From Candidatus Brocadiia bacterium (GTDB lineage Bacteria; Planctomycetota; Brocadiia; CAIUPP01): a DNA stretch of 64,000 nucleotides. Under the pieces are notes generated by a model. The model was given only the letters and a program-made list of their open reading frames with translations. It did not search any database and had not been told where the DNA came from. Positions 49,195 to 58,964 of the stretch are shown here, in pieces. Numbering within the stretch: the first letter of the stretch is position 1; each line of letters begins with the position of its first letter. Both the position numbers and the translations under genes were made by a program. The DNA lies in contig JBEKCB010000009.1 of NCBI GenBank assembly GCA_050015075.1, positions 81,878 to 145,877 on the forward strand. The letters are read 5' to 3'.

Positions 49195-50616
49195 ATGAAG
49201 AGGATGATCGGGCCGTGCGTCGCCGGGCTTGTGCTCGCGGCGTCTCTTTGCCAGGCGCAGACCACGCCTCCGGCCATGACGCTCACGAAGATGGACGCGG
49301 CGAAGCAGAAAGAATGGCTCTCGCTCTGGGACAAGGAGATCTCCAACGAAGTCAGGAACTGGCGCACCTGCGATCGTGCCGTGGGCGAGGACATCGCCTG
49401 GGTCGTGGCGCCTACCATGAACGGTTTCTACTACGGCTACATGGCCACGAAGAATACCAAGTACGTGGACATGCTGGTGGACTGGACGGACTCGCTGATC
49501 AAGAGGGCCGTGAAGGAGCCCGACGGCTACGTCGGCTGGCCCTCGAAAGCCGCGGCCGGCACCGCGGTGGACAACCTGGACGACTTCAACGCCGACAGCT
49601 TCCTCAGCGACGCGATGGTGTTCCGCCCGATCGTCCTGATGGCCGGCGAGATGGTCAAGAACCCCGCGCTGAAGGAGAAGTACGGCGCGAAAGGCGAGAG
49701 CTACCTCAAGTTCGCCGATCGGATCTACGCCAAGTGGGTCGAGCGCGGCGGGTGGCGGGAGACCAAGGACGGCGGGATGATCTCCGTGACCCTGCCGTAC
49801 GGGATGGACCCGACCCACCGGAAGTGGATTGATTTCGACACCCGGAACGCACCCGGGCACGGTTTCTCGCACCCGGACAACAAGGCGAACCAGGTCTCCC
49901 GCTGGATGCTCGCGATGTGGGACGTGACGGGCAAGCCGGAATACAAGGAGCGCGCGGAGAAATGGTTCAAGCTGCTCAAGAGCCGGATGACGCTCAAGAG
50001 CGACGGTACCTACGAGATTTGGAACTACTGGCAGCCGGCCGGCCCGTGGGATTACAAGGCCGACGGCAGCACCAAGCACTGGGTGGGCGTCCATCCCAAC
50101 GGCGGGTACTATGAAGATGACAACGAGGGCATCGTTGACGCCTACGAGCACGGCCTGGTCTTCACCAGCGTGGACATCGCTCACCTGATCGCCACCGCCA
50201 AGACCAGTTGGACGGGAGGCGATCCCGGCAGTCTGATGGCCGGAATGGAGATCTCGGTCCAGCCGGCCGGCGGCATGGCGAAAGCGATCAACGCGTGCTT
50301 CCCGAACTCGAAGACCTCCGAGCCGGTCTCTGCGGGCGCCGGGGCCTTGAGCGGCAAGGTTGTCAGCGTGGTGTGGGACGCGAAAGCGGGCAAGGGCAAG
50401 ATTGTTGTCCAGCCCAAGGATGCCCAGGCGCCCCAAGTGACGGTCGCCACCGATAAGATCACCAAGGTCCAGGTCCTGCGCCTGTGGTCGGCGCTGGCCC
50501 CCTTCGACGTGGACATCCAGAAGCACTTCGAGTCCATCGCCATGCCGAATGACTGGTTTGGTGTCAGCATCGTGCCGGACTATCTCATGCTGCAGTCGGA
50601 GTTGCGCGCCAAGTAG
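49195..50616 (+). CDS. Exported hypothetical protein (Trp/Tyr-rich, possibly carbohydrate-active)
   Basis: RBS GGAGG, signal peptide, strong GC3 codon bias; family not recognised. Confidence 0.75.
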   Translation: MKRMIGPCVAGLVLAASLCQAQTTPPAMTLTKMDAAKQKEWLSLWDKEISNEVRNWRTCDRAVGEDIAWVVAPTMNGFYYGYMATKNTKYVDMLVDWTDSLIKRAVKEPDGYVGWPSKAAAGTAVDNLDDFNADSFLSDAMVFRPIVLMAGEMVKNPALKEKYGAKGESYLKFADRIYAKWVERGGWRETKDGGMISVTLPYGMDPTHRKWIDFDTRNAPGHGFSHPDNKANQVSRWMLAMWDVTGKPEYKERAEKWFKLLKSRMTLKSDGTYEIWNYWQPAGPWDYKADGSTKHWVGVHPNGGYYEDDNEGIVDAYEHGLVFTSVDIAHLIATAKTSWTGGDPGSLMAGMEISVQPAGGMAKAINACFPNSKTSEPVSAGAGALSGKVVSVVWDAKAGKGKIVVQPKDAQAPQVTVATDKITKVQVLRLWSALAPFDVDIQKHFESIAMPNDWFGVSIVPDYLMLQSELRAK

Positions 50617-50648
50617 GCTCTGCCGCAGAGTGAAACGCAGGCGTACTG

Positions 50649-50676
50649 CCACGGGCGGCCGCAGGGTCGCCCGTGG
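50649..50676 (+). terminator. Hairpin after the 49195..50616 gene
   Basis: CCACGGGCGGCC-GCAG-GGTCGCCCGTGG; weak U-tract. Confidence 0.45.
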
Positions 50677-50678
50677 TG

Positions 50679-50707
50679 TTGACGGGGCCGGCCTCAGGCG
50701 TCAGAAT
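50679..50707 (+). promoter_or_regulatory. Shared promoter/operator motif, copy 3
   Basis: TTGAC-ggggccggcctcaggc-GTCA-GAAT. Confidence 0.75.
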
Positions 50708-50768
50708 ACCGCACTTGATGCTAGGCCATTGCGTGAAAGGCCTGATAAAATATCCGTAGAGCGAGGTC

Positions 50769-52142
50769 ATGAAAGAAAAAGTTGTCTTGATCGGCGCCGG
50801 CAGCGCGATGTTCACGCGCGGACTGGTGGCGGACATGCTCCGGCGGAAATGGCACGGAGAACTCCGCCTCGTTGACGTGGATCCGGAAGCGCTGGCGGTG
50901 GCGGAAGGGCTGGCGCGGAAGATGATCCGGGCGAAGCGGTCGCCGCTGAGGCTCTCCGCCTCGCCTGATCGCCGGGACCTGCTGAAAGGAGCGACGGTGG
51001 TGATCTGCACCATCGGCGTCGGCGGGCGCCGCGCCTGGGAGCAGGACGTCTATATCCCGCGCAAATACGGCATCTATCAGCCCGTCGGCGACAGCGTCAT
51101 GCCGGGCGGCAGCGCCCGCGCTTTGCGCATGATTCCCGCCATGGTCGGAATTGCCCGTGACGTCCTGTCCCTCGCACCCGAAGCGCTCTTCTTCAATTAC
51201 GGCAACCCGATGGGCCCCAACTGCCGCGCGGTCCGAAAGGCGACCGGCGCCAACGTCGTCGGCCTGTGCCACGGCGTGATTCACATCGCTCAGCACATCG
51301 CGAACCTGCTGGGCGCCCCGCTGAACCGCCTGAGATACAACGCCGTCGGCATGAACCACTTGACCTGGTTCACCCAGGTGCGCGTGGACGGACGGGACGC
51401 GATGCCCAGGCTCCGGGCGCTGGCGAGGCAGAAGCTCCGCCGCGGGGTCAATCGCGTCAGGCCGCCGGGCCAGGCGACCGCGTCCAAGGGCGCGCGGGTC
51501 CGGCCGGATGAGTCGGAGCCCTTCACGTGGGAACTGGTTGACCTGTTCGGCGCCTTCCCGGCCGTTTACGACTGTCACATTATTGAGTTCTTCCCGCACC
51601 TCTTCCACCGCGAAGGGAGCTACTACGGACGGACGCCGGGCGTGGACTGGGCCAACTTCGAGGAGCGCATCGCGAGCGGAGACGCGATCTTCGAGGAAAT
51701 GCGCCAGGTCGCCCGCTCGCGCGGCCCGCTGGCGAAGGACTATTTTGCGCGGACCTCGGGCGAGCACGAGCAGGTGATCGAGATGGTCGAAAGCATCCGG
51801 AACGATGCCGGCCGCGTGTTCTCCGTCAACCTCCCGAACCGGGGCATCGTCCCCAATCTGCCGTACGATGCCGTCATCGAGTGTCCGGGAATTGCCGACG
51901 CAGGCGGCATCCGCGCGATCGCCCAGCCGCCGCTGAACCCGGCAATCGCCGGCACCTTGGCCGCGCGGTTCCAGTGGGTCGAGACGATCGTCGAGGCGGC
52001 CCTGGCGGGCAGCCGGGAGAAATTCGTGCAAGCGCTCCTGCTCGACGGGTCGGTGGAATCGGTCCCGATGGCCCATGAACTCGCCGACGACCTGTTGCGG
52101 GCGCATGCGAAATATCTGCCGCAGTTCCGCCGGTCAAAATAG
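50769..52142 (+). CDS. Glycoside hydrolase family 4 (NAD-dependent, alpha-galactosidase-like)
   Basis: IGAGS, IPRKYGIYQPVGD, NYGNP, GLCHG, GMNH. Confidence 0.93.
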   Translation: MKEKVVLIGAGSAMFTRGLVADMLRRKWHGELRLVDVDPEALAVAEGLARKMIRAKRSPLRLSASPDRRDLLKGATVVICTIGVGGRRAWEQDVYIPRKYGIYQPVGDSVMPGGSARALRMIPAMVGIARDVLSLAPEALFFNYGNPMGPNCRAVRKATGANVVGLCHGVIHIAQHIANLLGAPLNRLRYNAVGMNHLTWFTQVRVDGRDAMPRLRALARQKLRRGVNRVRPPGQATASKGARVRPDESEPFTWELVDLFGAFPAVYDCHIIEFFPHLFHREGSYYGRTPGVDWANFEERIASGDAIFEEMRQVARSRGPLAKDYFARTSGEHEQVIEMVESIRNDAGRVFSVNLPNRGIVPNLPYDAVIECPGIADAGGIRAIAQPPLNPAIAGTLAARFQWVETIVEAALAGSREKFVQALLLDGSVESVPMAHELADDLLRAHAKYLPQFRRSK

Positions 52143-52151
52143 GGAGAACGC

Positions 52152-53579
52152 ATGTTCTGCCGTGTGCTGAATGAGGAGCAGATTCAACGTATCCACCGCG
52201 CCTCGATGGCCCTGCTGGCGCGCGTGGGCGTGGGCGTGCCGCACCCGGACATGCTTAACCGGCTGGAATCCGCCGGGGCGACGGTGGACCGCCGCGCGCA
52301 GCGGGCCCGCCTGTCCGAGGAACTGGTGATGCGCTGCGTAAGGCAGGCCGGCAAGCAGTTCACGATCTATGGCCGCGACCTTTCGAAAACGGCCGCCTTC
52401 GGTCTTGGACAGCGCAACTTCAACGCCATCGCCGGCGAGGCCTCCTGGGTGGATACCGTTGGAGGCGAGCGGCGGTATGCCGCCATCGCGGACGTGGCGA
52501 CGGCAGCCCGCTTCTGCGACGCGCTCGATCACATCAACATCGCCGGCGCCATGACCGACCCGCAGGACCTCCCGCCCGCGGTCCGCTGCGTCGAGGTGCT
52601 GGCAACGATGCTGCGGCACACCACCAAGCCTGTCACCTTCTGGTACAACGACCGCGCCTCCGCCGGCTACATCAACGAAATCCTGATCGCGCTCCGCGGC
52701 GACGAGCGGAAGGCCGCGCAGTATCCCGTGTGCTATCCGTTCCTGGAGCCGATCAGCCCGCTGCGCTTCCCTTTCAACGGCGTGGACCTCCTGTACGAGA
52801 CCGCGCGGCTGAACCTGCCGGTGCCGATCGGTCCGATGGCGCAGATGGGAGTTTCCGCGCCCGCCACCATCGCCGGCACTCTGGCGCAGGAGAACGCGGA
52901 AATCCTGTCGGGGGTCGTCCTCACCCAGTTGATTAAGCCGGGGATGCCGGTCTGCTACGGCGGCATCTGCCATGCGTTCGACATGCGCACGACGCAGTTG
53001 ATCTTCTCCGGTCCCGAGCAGGCGATCTTCGGCGTGGCGATGACGCAGATGGGCAAGCACTACGGCTTGCCCGTGTACATCAACGTCGGACTGACGGATT
53101 CCAAGCGCCCGGATGCGCAGGCGGGCCTGGAATCGGCGGCCACGCTGATGCTCGGCGCGGCGGCCGGCGCGGACATCTTCGGGCACATGGGCATCAGCGG
53201 CGTGGACCAGGCTACGTCGCTCGACATGCTCGTGTTGCAGAACGAGGTCATCGGCTATGTGGAAAGCGCGATGCGGGACTTCGAGATTTCCGACGATACG
53301 CTGGGCCTGGAGATCACCGAGGAGATCGGCCCGGGCGGAACGTTCATTGATCAGCCGCACACGGCGGCGCACTTCCGGAAGGAACTGTGGGCGCCGGGAA
53401 TCCTGGACCGGGAATACTATCAGGCATGGAAGGATGCCGGCGCCCTCAGCACGGAGGACCGCTGCCGGCGGAAGAAAGAGGAGATCCTGGCCACTCACCG
53501 GGTTGAGCCGCTGCCCGCCGACCTGAGCCGGGAGTTCGAGCGGATCCTGGCCGCGGCTCGGCGCGAACTTGTGAAGTGA
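52152..53579 (+). CDS. MttB superfamily corrinoid methyltransferase, non-pyrrolysine
   Basis: IHRASMALL...GV, ISPL, PATIAGTLAQENAE, DSKRPDAQAG, IGPGGTF; no in-frame TAG. Confidence 0.9.
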   Translation: MFCRVLNEEQIQRIHRASMALLARVGVGVPHPDMLNRLESAGATVDRRAQRARLSEELVMRCVRQAGKQFTIYGRDLSKTAAFGLGQRNFNAIAGEASWVDTVGGERRYAAIADVATAARFCDALDHINIAGAMTDPQDLPPAVRCVEVLATMLRHTTKPVTFWYNDRASAGYINEILIALRGDERKAAQYPVCYPFLEPISPLRFPFNGVDLLYETARLNLPVPIGPMAQMGVSAPATIAGTLAQENAEILSGVVLTQLIKPGMPVCYGGICHAFDMRTTQLIFSGPEQAIFGVAMTQMGKHYGLPVYINVGLTDSKRPDAQAGLESAATLMLGAAAGADIFGHMGISGVDQATSLDMLVLQNEVIGYVESAMRDFEISDDTLGLEITEEIGPGGTFIDQPHTAAHFRKELWAPGILDREYYQAWKDAGALSTEDRCRRKKEEILATHRVEPLPADLSREFERILAAARRELVK

Positions 53580-55675
53580 GCGGTGTGGCGGAGACACCAC
53601 CTTACAAACGAATTGACGCGGCGCAAGTCGAGGAGCTGCAGCAGTTGGAGCGCCCGACGTTGCGCATCCGCTGGTGGATCGTCCTTCCGTTGGCGGTCAT
53701 CCTGGCCTGCGCCCAGGCCGCGCTGAACCTTCGCCTGGAGAACGGCGCGAAGAGCGTCGCCCTCATCGCCACGCAGATCTCGATCATCGCCTTCGCCTTC
53801 CTCATCCTGCTCTCGGTCGCGCTGAATCCGCTGCTCCGGCTGACGCGTTTGCTGGAGCCGTTCAACCGCGGCGAAATTATGACGCTCTTCGCGGCGCTCT
53901 GCGTCTCGGGGGGCATCAGTTCGTTCGGCCTGGTGGACCAGTTGGTGCCGCTGATCGCCACGCCGTTCAACTCGCAGTACGCCACGCCGCAGAGCGGCTG
54001 GACCAAGGACGTGACGCCCTACCTGAACCGCGCCCTCTACATTACCGACATGGCGCGCATCAAGGAGTACCGTGAAGGCTTTCCCTCGACGGAAGGGCTG
54101 TGGGGGAAAATCCCGTGGTCGTTGTGGGTCAAGCCGCTGGCGCTGTGGATGATTTTCGTCTTCGCGATCTATGGCGTGTTCTACAGCCTGGCGATGCTGC
54201 TGTACGACTCGTGGGCGCGGCGCGAGAAATTGATATTTCCCCTGGCGCGGCTTCCGGAGGATCTTCTGAGCGACGAGGGCGCCGCCGCCGGCACTCTTTC
54301 ATCCACGCTGCACAGCGGCCCGTTCTGGATCGGGTTTCTCTTTGTCCTGCTGCTCCTGAGCTACAATGGCGTCTGCCAGGCGGAACTGGTCCGCGGCCTG
54401 AACCCGCTGGGCCTCGCCTTCGACCAATCGAAGCTCAGGCAAATGCTGGCCAGCTCCATCTTCAAGGGTATTGCGGACACGGGATCGTACAAACTCCGCA
54501 TCCAGGTCATTTTCACGGCCATCGGGATCAGCTTCCTCATCCCGCTGGAGATCTCCGCGAGCATCTGGACCTACTACCTGGCCGGCATCGGCATGTTCCT
54601 GGTGGCCATCTGGACGGCCGCCGGCGCGACGGTGACCTCCTTCCAGAGCGACTGGCTTTGGGAGAACCACTTCGTCACCAGCCTGGGCGCGGGCGGGCTG
54701 CTGGCGTACTCCGCAGCGGCGCTCGTCAAGATGGTGGCCGACCGCGCGGACGCTCTCCGGCAGGCGGCGAAAGGCCGTAGGCTGGGCGCCGCGGACTGGG
54801 CCGTGAAGCTGCCGGCCAGCATGGGCTGGGGCGGCTTGCTCTTCGCGGCGTCGAGCGCGGTGGCCATCGGCTGGCTGGTGTGGTGCAAAGTGCCGTGGTA
54901 CTGGGGCGCGGGCTTCCTGGCGGTCATCGTGCTCGTCACCGTAGGGCTGATGCGCGTCGTGGCGGAAGGCGGCATCTACTGGTTCCACATCCACGCGGGC
55001 CCGTTCCATTTGGCCAAGTCGTTCGGCGCGACGGCGGCGGTGCCCAAGGGCGTTCTCGCGCCGCTCATGCCGATTTATTCGGTGCTGTTCACGGATATCA
55101 AGACGTTCATGGCCCCGGCGGTGATCAACAGCTTCAAGATGCAGGAGGAGACGCGCGCCGCGCGCCGATGGTTCCACGCGATCGTGATTGCGGCGATCCT
55201 GGCGACGGTCATAGCGTCGTTCGTCGCCATCCTGTACATCGTGTACAGCGTGGGCGCGAACCGCGCCGAAGGGTGGTTCTTCACGGTCGGACCGCGGAGC
55301 CTGTTCAACAACACGCAGGTGCTGGTCAGCGGCGGCGCCGCCGCTGCGGGGAAGCACAATTGGATTTTCTATCTCATCGGCGCCGGCTGGGTCCTGCTGA
55401 GCATCGGCCTGCGCCGCAGGTTCTTCTGGTGGCTGCACCCGATCGGCTTCGTGATGATGGCCAACCCCCTGATCACGGCGATCTGGTTCTCCTTCTTTCT
55501 CGGCTGGTGCTGCAAGAAGCTCGCGGTGAGGTACGGCGGGAGGCACATGTTCGCCCGGCTGCGCCCGGCGTTCATCGGGCTGATTTTCGGAGAACTCATG
55601 GCGTGTTTCATCTGGTCGGTCATCGCCGCGACCTTGCACCTGAATAAAATCTCCATAGACATCAACCGCTTTTGA
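53576..55675 (+). CDS. Large polytopic membrane protein, DUF6785/DUF6784-like putative transporter
   Basis: W...EKLIFPLARLP, RVVAEGG, WWLHPIGF, RYGG, PAFIGLIFGE; GTGA overlap with the MttB gene. Confidence 0.75.
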   Translation: MSGVAETPPYKRIDAAQVEELQQLERPTLRIRWWIVLPLAVILACAQAALNLRLENGAKSVALIATQISIIAFAFLILLSVALNPLLRLTRLLEPFNRGEIMTLFAALCVSGGISSFGLVDQLVPLIATPFNSQYATPQSGWTKDVTPYLNRALYITDMARIKEYREGFPSTEGLWGKIPWSLWVKPLALWMIFVFAIYGVFYSLAMLLYDSWARREKLIFPLARLPEDLLSDEGAAAGTLSSTLHSGPFWIGFLFVLLLLSYNGVCQAELVRGLNPLGLAFDQSKLRQMLASSIFKGIADTGSYKLRIQVIFTAIGISFLIPLEISASIWTYYLAGIGMFLVAIWTAAGATVTSFQSDWLWENHFVTSLGAGGLLAYSAAALVKMVADRADALRQAAKGRRLGAADWAVKLPASMGWGGLLFAASSAVAIGWLVWCKVPWYWGAGFLAVIVLVTVGLMRVVAEGGIYWFHIHAGPFHLAKSFGATAAVPKGVLAPLMPIYSVLFTDIKTFMAPAVINSFKMQEETRAARRWFHAIVIAAILATVIASFVAILYIVYSVGANRAEGWFFTVGPRSLFNNTQVLVSGGAAAAGKHNWIFYLIGAGWVLLSIGLRRRFFWWLHPIGFVMMANPLITAIWFSFFLGWCCKKLAVRYGGRHMFARLRPAFIGLIFGELMACFIWSVIAATLHLNKISIDINRF

Positions 55676-55696
55676 CCAGGCAGGCCTCCAAATTGT

Positions 55697-55725
55697 TTGA
55701 CAGTGGCGGCCTGAGTCGTCAGACT
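55697..55725 (+). promoter_or_regulatory. Shared promoter/operator motif, copy 4
   Basis: TTGAC-agtggcggcctgagtc-GTCA-GACT. Confidence 0.75.
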
Positions 55726-55772
55726 GTGGCGATTAAATGTTCTGATCAGAGTCAGGCAGCAGAGGTGCAAGC

Positions 55773-56900
55773 GTGAGCGTCAGCGACAACTTTTTCCTCT
55801 GTTACTTTGAAACCACGCGCCGGTGCAATCTGCACTGCAGCTACTGCATGACCCGGCGCGAGGTCAGCGCCGATACGGTGGAGATGAGCACCGAGGAAGC
55901 CAAGACCCGGGTGCTCGACGAAGTGGCGGCGATTTCCTCGAACGCCGCCATCGCCTTCTCCGGCGGCGAACACCTCCTGCGACCGGATGCGTATGAACTC
56001 CTGGGATACGCGGGCAAGCTGGGCATCTGGAGCTTCATCAACACGAACGGCCGGCTTCTCGTGGAGACGGACGCCATCCGGCAAGCGGCCAGGGCCACCG
56101 GCGGAAAGGTGGTCTTTGCCCTGTCGCTCAATTCGCTCGACGCGGGCACCAACTGTTCCGGACGAGACGACGCCCCCGAGACCGTGTGGCGCGCCGCAGA
56201 ACGCTGCGAGAAGGAGCATGCACCATTCTTCTTCATCGTGACGGTCTCCAAGGGCAACCTGGCGACGCTGCCGGAAACGGTGAAGTTCCTGCGGAAACGG
56301 AACGTTCCCATGCTTCGTTCCCCCTTTGTTCCGCGGGGCGCCGGAGGGGCTTTTCGTCACCTGATGGCGGACCGGGCTGACATGGAAGGAACCATTCACC
56401 CGGCGCTGACGGGGAACCCTCTTTCCTCTATCTCCTTCACGCCCTTCTTCGGCTCGCCGGACCTGATACAGGCCGGAGCGAGTCAGTTCGGCATCCGGAT
56501 CGCCGGAGTGGGCTGCCAGGCGGCTCGCAGCTTCGCCGCCGTGAGCGCCGAGGGCCAGGTGGCGCCGTGCGTCCACCTGCTGGACAGTTCCTGCGTCTGC
56601 GGCAATGTCCGGTCGGAACGGCTGTCGGAGATCATCCGCGACGCCCCGCTCTTCGCGGCCTTGCGCGGGCGCGCGGGACTCAAGGGCAAGTGCGGACGAT
56701 GCCGCTATCGCCAGACGTGCGGCGGCTGCAGGGCGCAAGCCTTCTACCATTCCGGGGACGTGGAAGGCGAGGACCCGACCTGTTTCTTCGAGCCTTCCGA
56801 TTCGCGGACCCGGTCCTGCCTTGAGACGACCCAGACGGCGCAATTGGGACGCTTCCTCTTCTACGTCAAGACCACGACGCCCTGGAGCAGTTTCCTGTAG
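55773..56900 (+). CDS. Radical SAM/SPASM protein (NirJ/Ahb-like)
   Basis: CNLHCSYC, SGGE, NTNG, CQAA...PC, KCGRCRYRQTCGGCRA...DPTC. Confidence 0.9.
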   Translation: MSVSDNFFLCYFETTRRCNLHCSYCMTRREVSADTVEMSTEEAKTRVLDEVAAISSNAAIAFSGGEHLLRPDAYELLGYAGKLGIWSFINTNGRLLVETDAIRQAARATGGKVVFALSLNSLDAGTNCSGRDDAPETVWRAAERCEKEHAPFFFIVTVSKGNLATLPETVKFLRKRNVPMLRSPFVPRGAGGAFRHLMADRADMEGTIHPALTGNPLSSISFTPFFGSPDLIQAGASQFGIRIAGVGCQAARSFAAVSAEGQVAPCVHLLDSSCVCGNVRSERLSEIIRDAPLFAALRGRAGLKGKCGRCRYRQTCGGCRAQAFYHSGDVEGEDPTCFFEPSDSRTRSCLETTQTAQLGRFLFYVKTTTPWSSFL

Positions 56901-56916
56901 GAGAGCGTAAGGTCTC

Positions 56917-58284
56917 ATGCGAATCCTGTTGATCAAGCCGCAGTGGTTCGACCATGAGGGGCCATACCGCTACCTGGAGCACGTGCGCTTCACGCCCTTA
57001 TCGCTCGGGATCCTGGCGGCCCTCAGCGACGGACATGAAGTGCGGATTGTGGATGGCGACTGGGACGCAATTCCCGCCGAAGAACGCTTCGACCTGGTGG
57101 GCATCACCGCCACGACGTTCACCTCGGAACGCGTCTACCGCCTAGCCGGGCAGTTCGCCCGCAACGGCGCCAAAGTGGTCCTGGGCGGCGTGCATCCGAC
57201 GCTGTTGCCGAAAGAGTGCTCGGAGCATGCCCACGCGGTGGTTGTCGGAGAGGCGGAGTACCTGTGGAAGACAATCCTGCAGGACGCCGAACGCGCCCAC
57301 ATGGAACGTGTCTACACGGCGCCGCGTCCTACGGACATGGACGACGTTCCGTTCCCAAGGCGCGACCTGCTCGCGGAGCCGGCGTGGTTCGCCTGCTTGC
57401 AGGCCACGCGCGGATGCACCAACGCCTGCCGCTACTGCTATCTGCCTTCCATGCCCTGGCACGGCTACCGCAAGCGCGCGCCGGAACTGGTCGGCGAGGA
57501 ACTGCGCCGGCTGAAGCAGAAGATGGTTTTCTTCGTGGATGACAATCTTTTTGCCGACCGCGCCTATGCGATGGACATTTTCCGGACCGTTTCCGCCCAC
57601 CGCAAGACATTCGCCCTTCAGATGCCGACCAATGTCGGGAGCGACGAGGAGCTGCTCGACGCCATGGCGCAGGCCGGCTGTTTCAATGTCCAGATCGGCT
57701 TTCAGAGCGCCAATCCCCGGTCCCTGGAGTGGGCGCGCGTCGCGCACAATCGCGTCGAGAACTACCGCGCCCTGGTCGCCGGACTTCATGCGCGCGGCAT
57801 TCTGGTCACGGGGTTCTTCATCCTCGGCTTCGACACGGACGATCCGGACTGCTTCGACCGCACCACCGAGATGATCCGCCGCATCGAGGTGGACGAGGCG
57901 CATCTTTACATCCTGACGCCCTATCCCGGCACGTCGCTCTATGCGCAACTGGGGCAGGAAGGCCGGCTGCTGCCCGCCGGGCGCAACCGCTTCGGATGGG
58001 ACCACGCAGTTTTTAAGCCCAAGCTCATGACGGGCGAAGAGCTGGAGCAAGGCGTGCAACGCATGTACGACGTCTTGAACCCCTGGTTGCTGCGGCGTAC
58101 CGCGCGGATGCTCATCAAGCGCCTCGACCTGCTCGCGCGCCACCCCGCGCTCCTGCGCGTGTTCGCCAGCGGCGCTTTCCGGCGGCCCCGGGTCGCACGA
58201 AGACGGTTGGACGACGGCCTTGGTTTGGCTGACAAGCGGAATTCTGATGCCCAGAATCCGACAATTCATGGCAGACCCTCATGA
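56917..58284 (+). CDS. Cobalamin-binding radical SAM protein
   Basis: PLSLGILAA, VLGGVHPT, VGEAE, TRGCTNACRYC, VDDN, LTPYPGT. Confidence 0.92.
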   Translation: MRILLIKPQWFDHEGPYRYLEHVRFTPLSLGILAALSDGHEVRIVDGDWDAIPAEERFDLVGITATTFTSERVYRLAGQFARNGAKVVLGGVHPTLLPKECSEHAHAVVVGEAEYLWKTILQDAERAHMERVYTAPRPTDMDDVPFPRRDLLAEPAWFACLQATRGCTNACRYCYLPSMPWHGYRKRAPELVGEELRRLKQKMVFFVDDNLFADRAYAMDIFRTVSAHRKTFALQMPTNVGSDEELLDAMAQAGCFNVQIGFQSANPRSLEWARVAHNRVENYRALVAGLHARGILVTGFFILGFDTDDPDCFDRTTEMIRRIEVDEAHLYILTPYPGTSLYAQLGQEGRLLPAGRNRFGWDHAVFKPKLMTGEELEQGVQRMYDVLNPWLLRRTARMLIKRLDLLARHPALLRVFASGAFRRPRVARRRLDDGLGLADKRNSDAQNPTIHGRPS

Positions 58285-58373
58285 GGGTAAGGGCCATCTG
58301 GGATATTCCGGGCCATGGGAGAACAGCAGGAAATAAGTTGTGCGTTCCAGGAACTTCCCGTGAGGTGCATCGC

Positions 58374-58805
58374 ATGAAACACGTGTGGCGCATCGTGAAC
58401 ATTGCCCTAGTTGCTCTAGCATTGTGGGGCGGCTACAATTCGACGTCGCCAGAGCGCTTACGCCACACCGACCCGGATGCGATTCTTTGTTTGATTCTTC
58501 TCGTCATCGTGCCTTTGTTCACGCTATTCAGTGTGTATTACTCCATCCAGCATGCCAAGTGCGAGACGCTTCGCCGTCCTTCTTGGGACCGCAATGCCAT
58601 CAATTGGCGATATGACCCCCTTCAGTCATTGTTCATCAGCACTTGCGTCATGTCGGCTATGGCCGTGGGAAGCGTTTTTCGCTTGCCAGCCGTCGGTTGG
58701 GCTGGATTGTGGACGTTTGCCATGTTTTGTTGCATTGCGGTTGGGTTAACAATCGGCCAGTTTATTGCCTATAGGATTTTCCGCAAATATATCGCCGAGG
58801 CCTGA
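58374..58805 (+). CDS. Small 4-TM membrane protein, lower GC than neighbours
   Basis: RBS GAGGTG; AT-richer codons; four hydrophobic segments. Confidence 0.75.
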   Translation: MKHVWRIVNIALVALALWGGYNSTSPERLRHTDPDAILCLILLVIVPLFTLFSVYYSIQHAKCETLRRPSWDRNAINWRYDPLQSLFISTCVMSAMAVGSVFRLPAVGWAGLWTFAMFCCIAVGLTIGQFIAYRIFRKYIAEA

Positions 58806-58964
58806 CATCGCTCTGGAATCAACATTCACCGCCACTTCAGTTTTGATTGAGTTATGAGATTTGAGCGTCTCCAGATTACAGGCCAGAGCCGGCCGCGCGG
58901 AGAGCGGTCATCGTGGAGTTTCCCGGTGCGTTATTTCCCGCGAATACCTTGATGCGAGCGACCC

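Noticed and set aside
52152-53579. Pyrrolysine recoding in the MttB homolog
   Set aside because: The ORF is uninterrupted, with no in-frame TAG and no pyl genes
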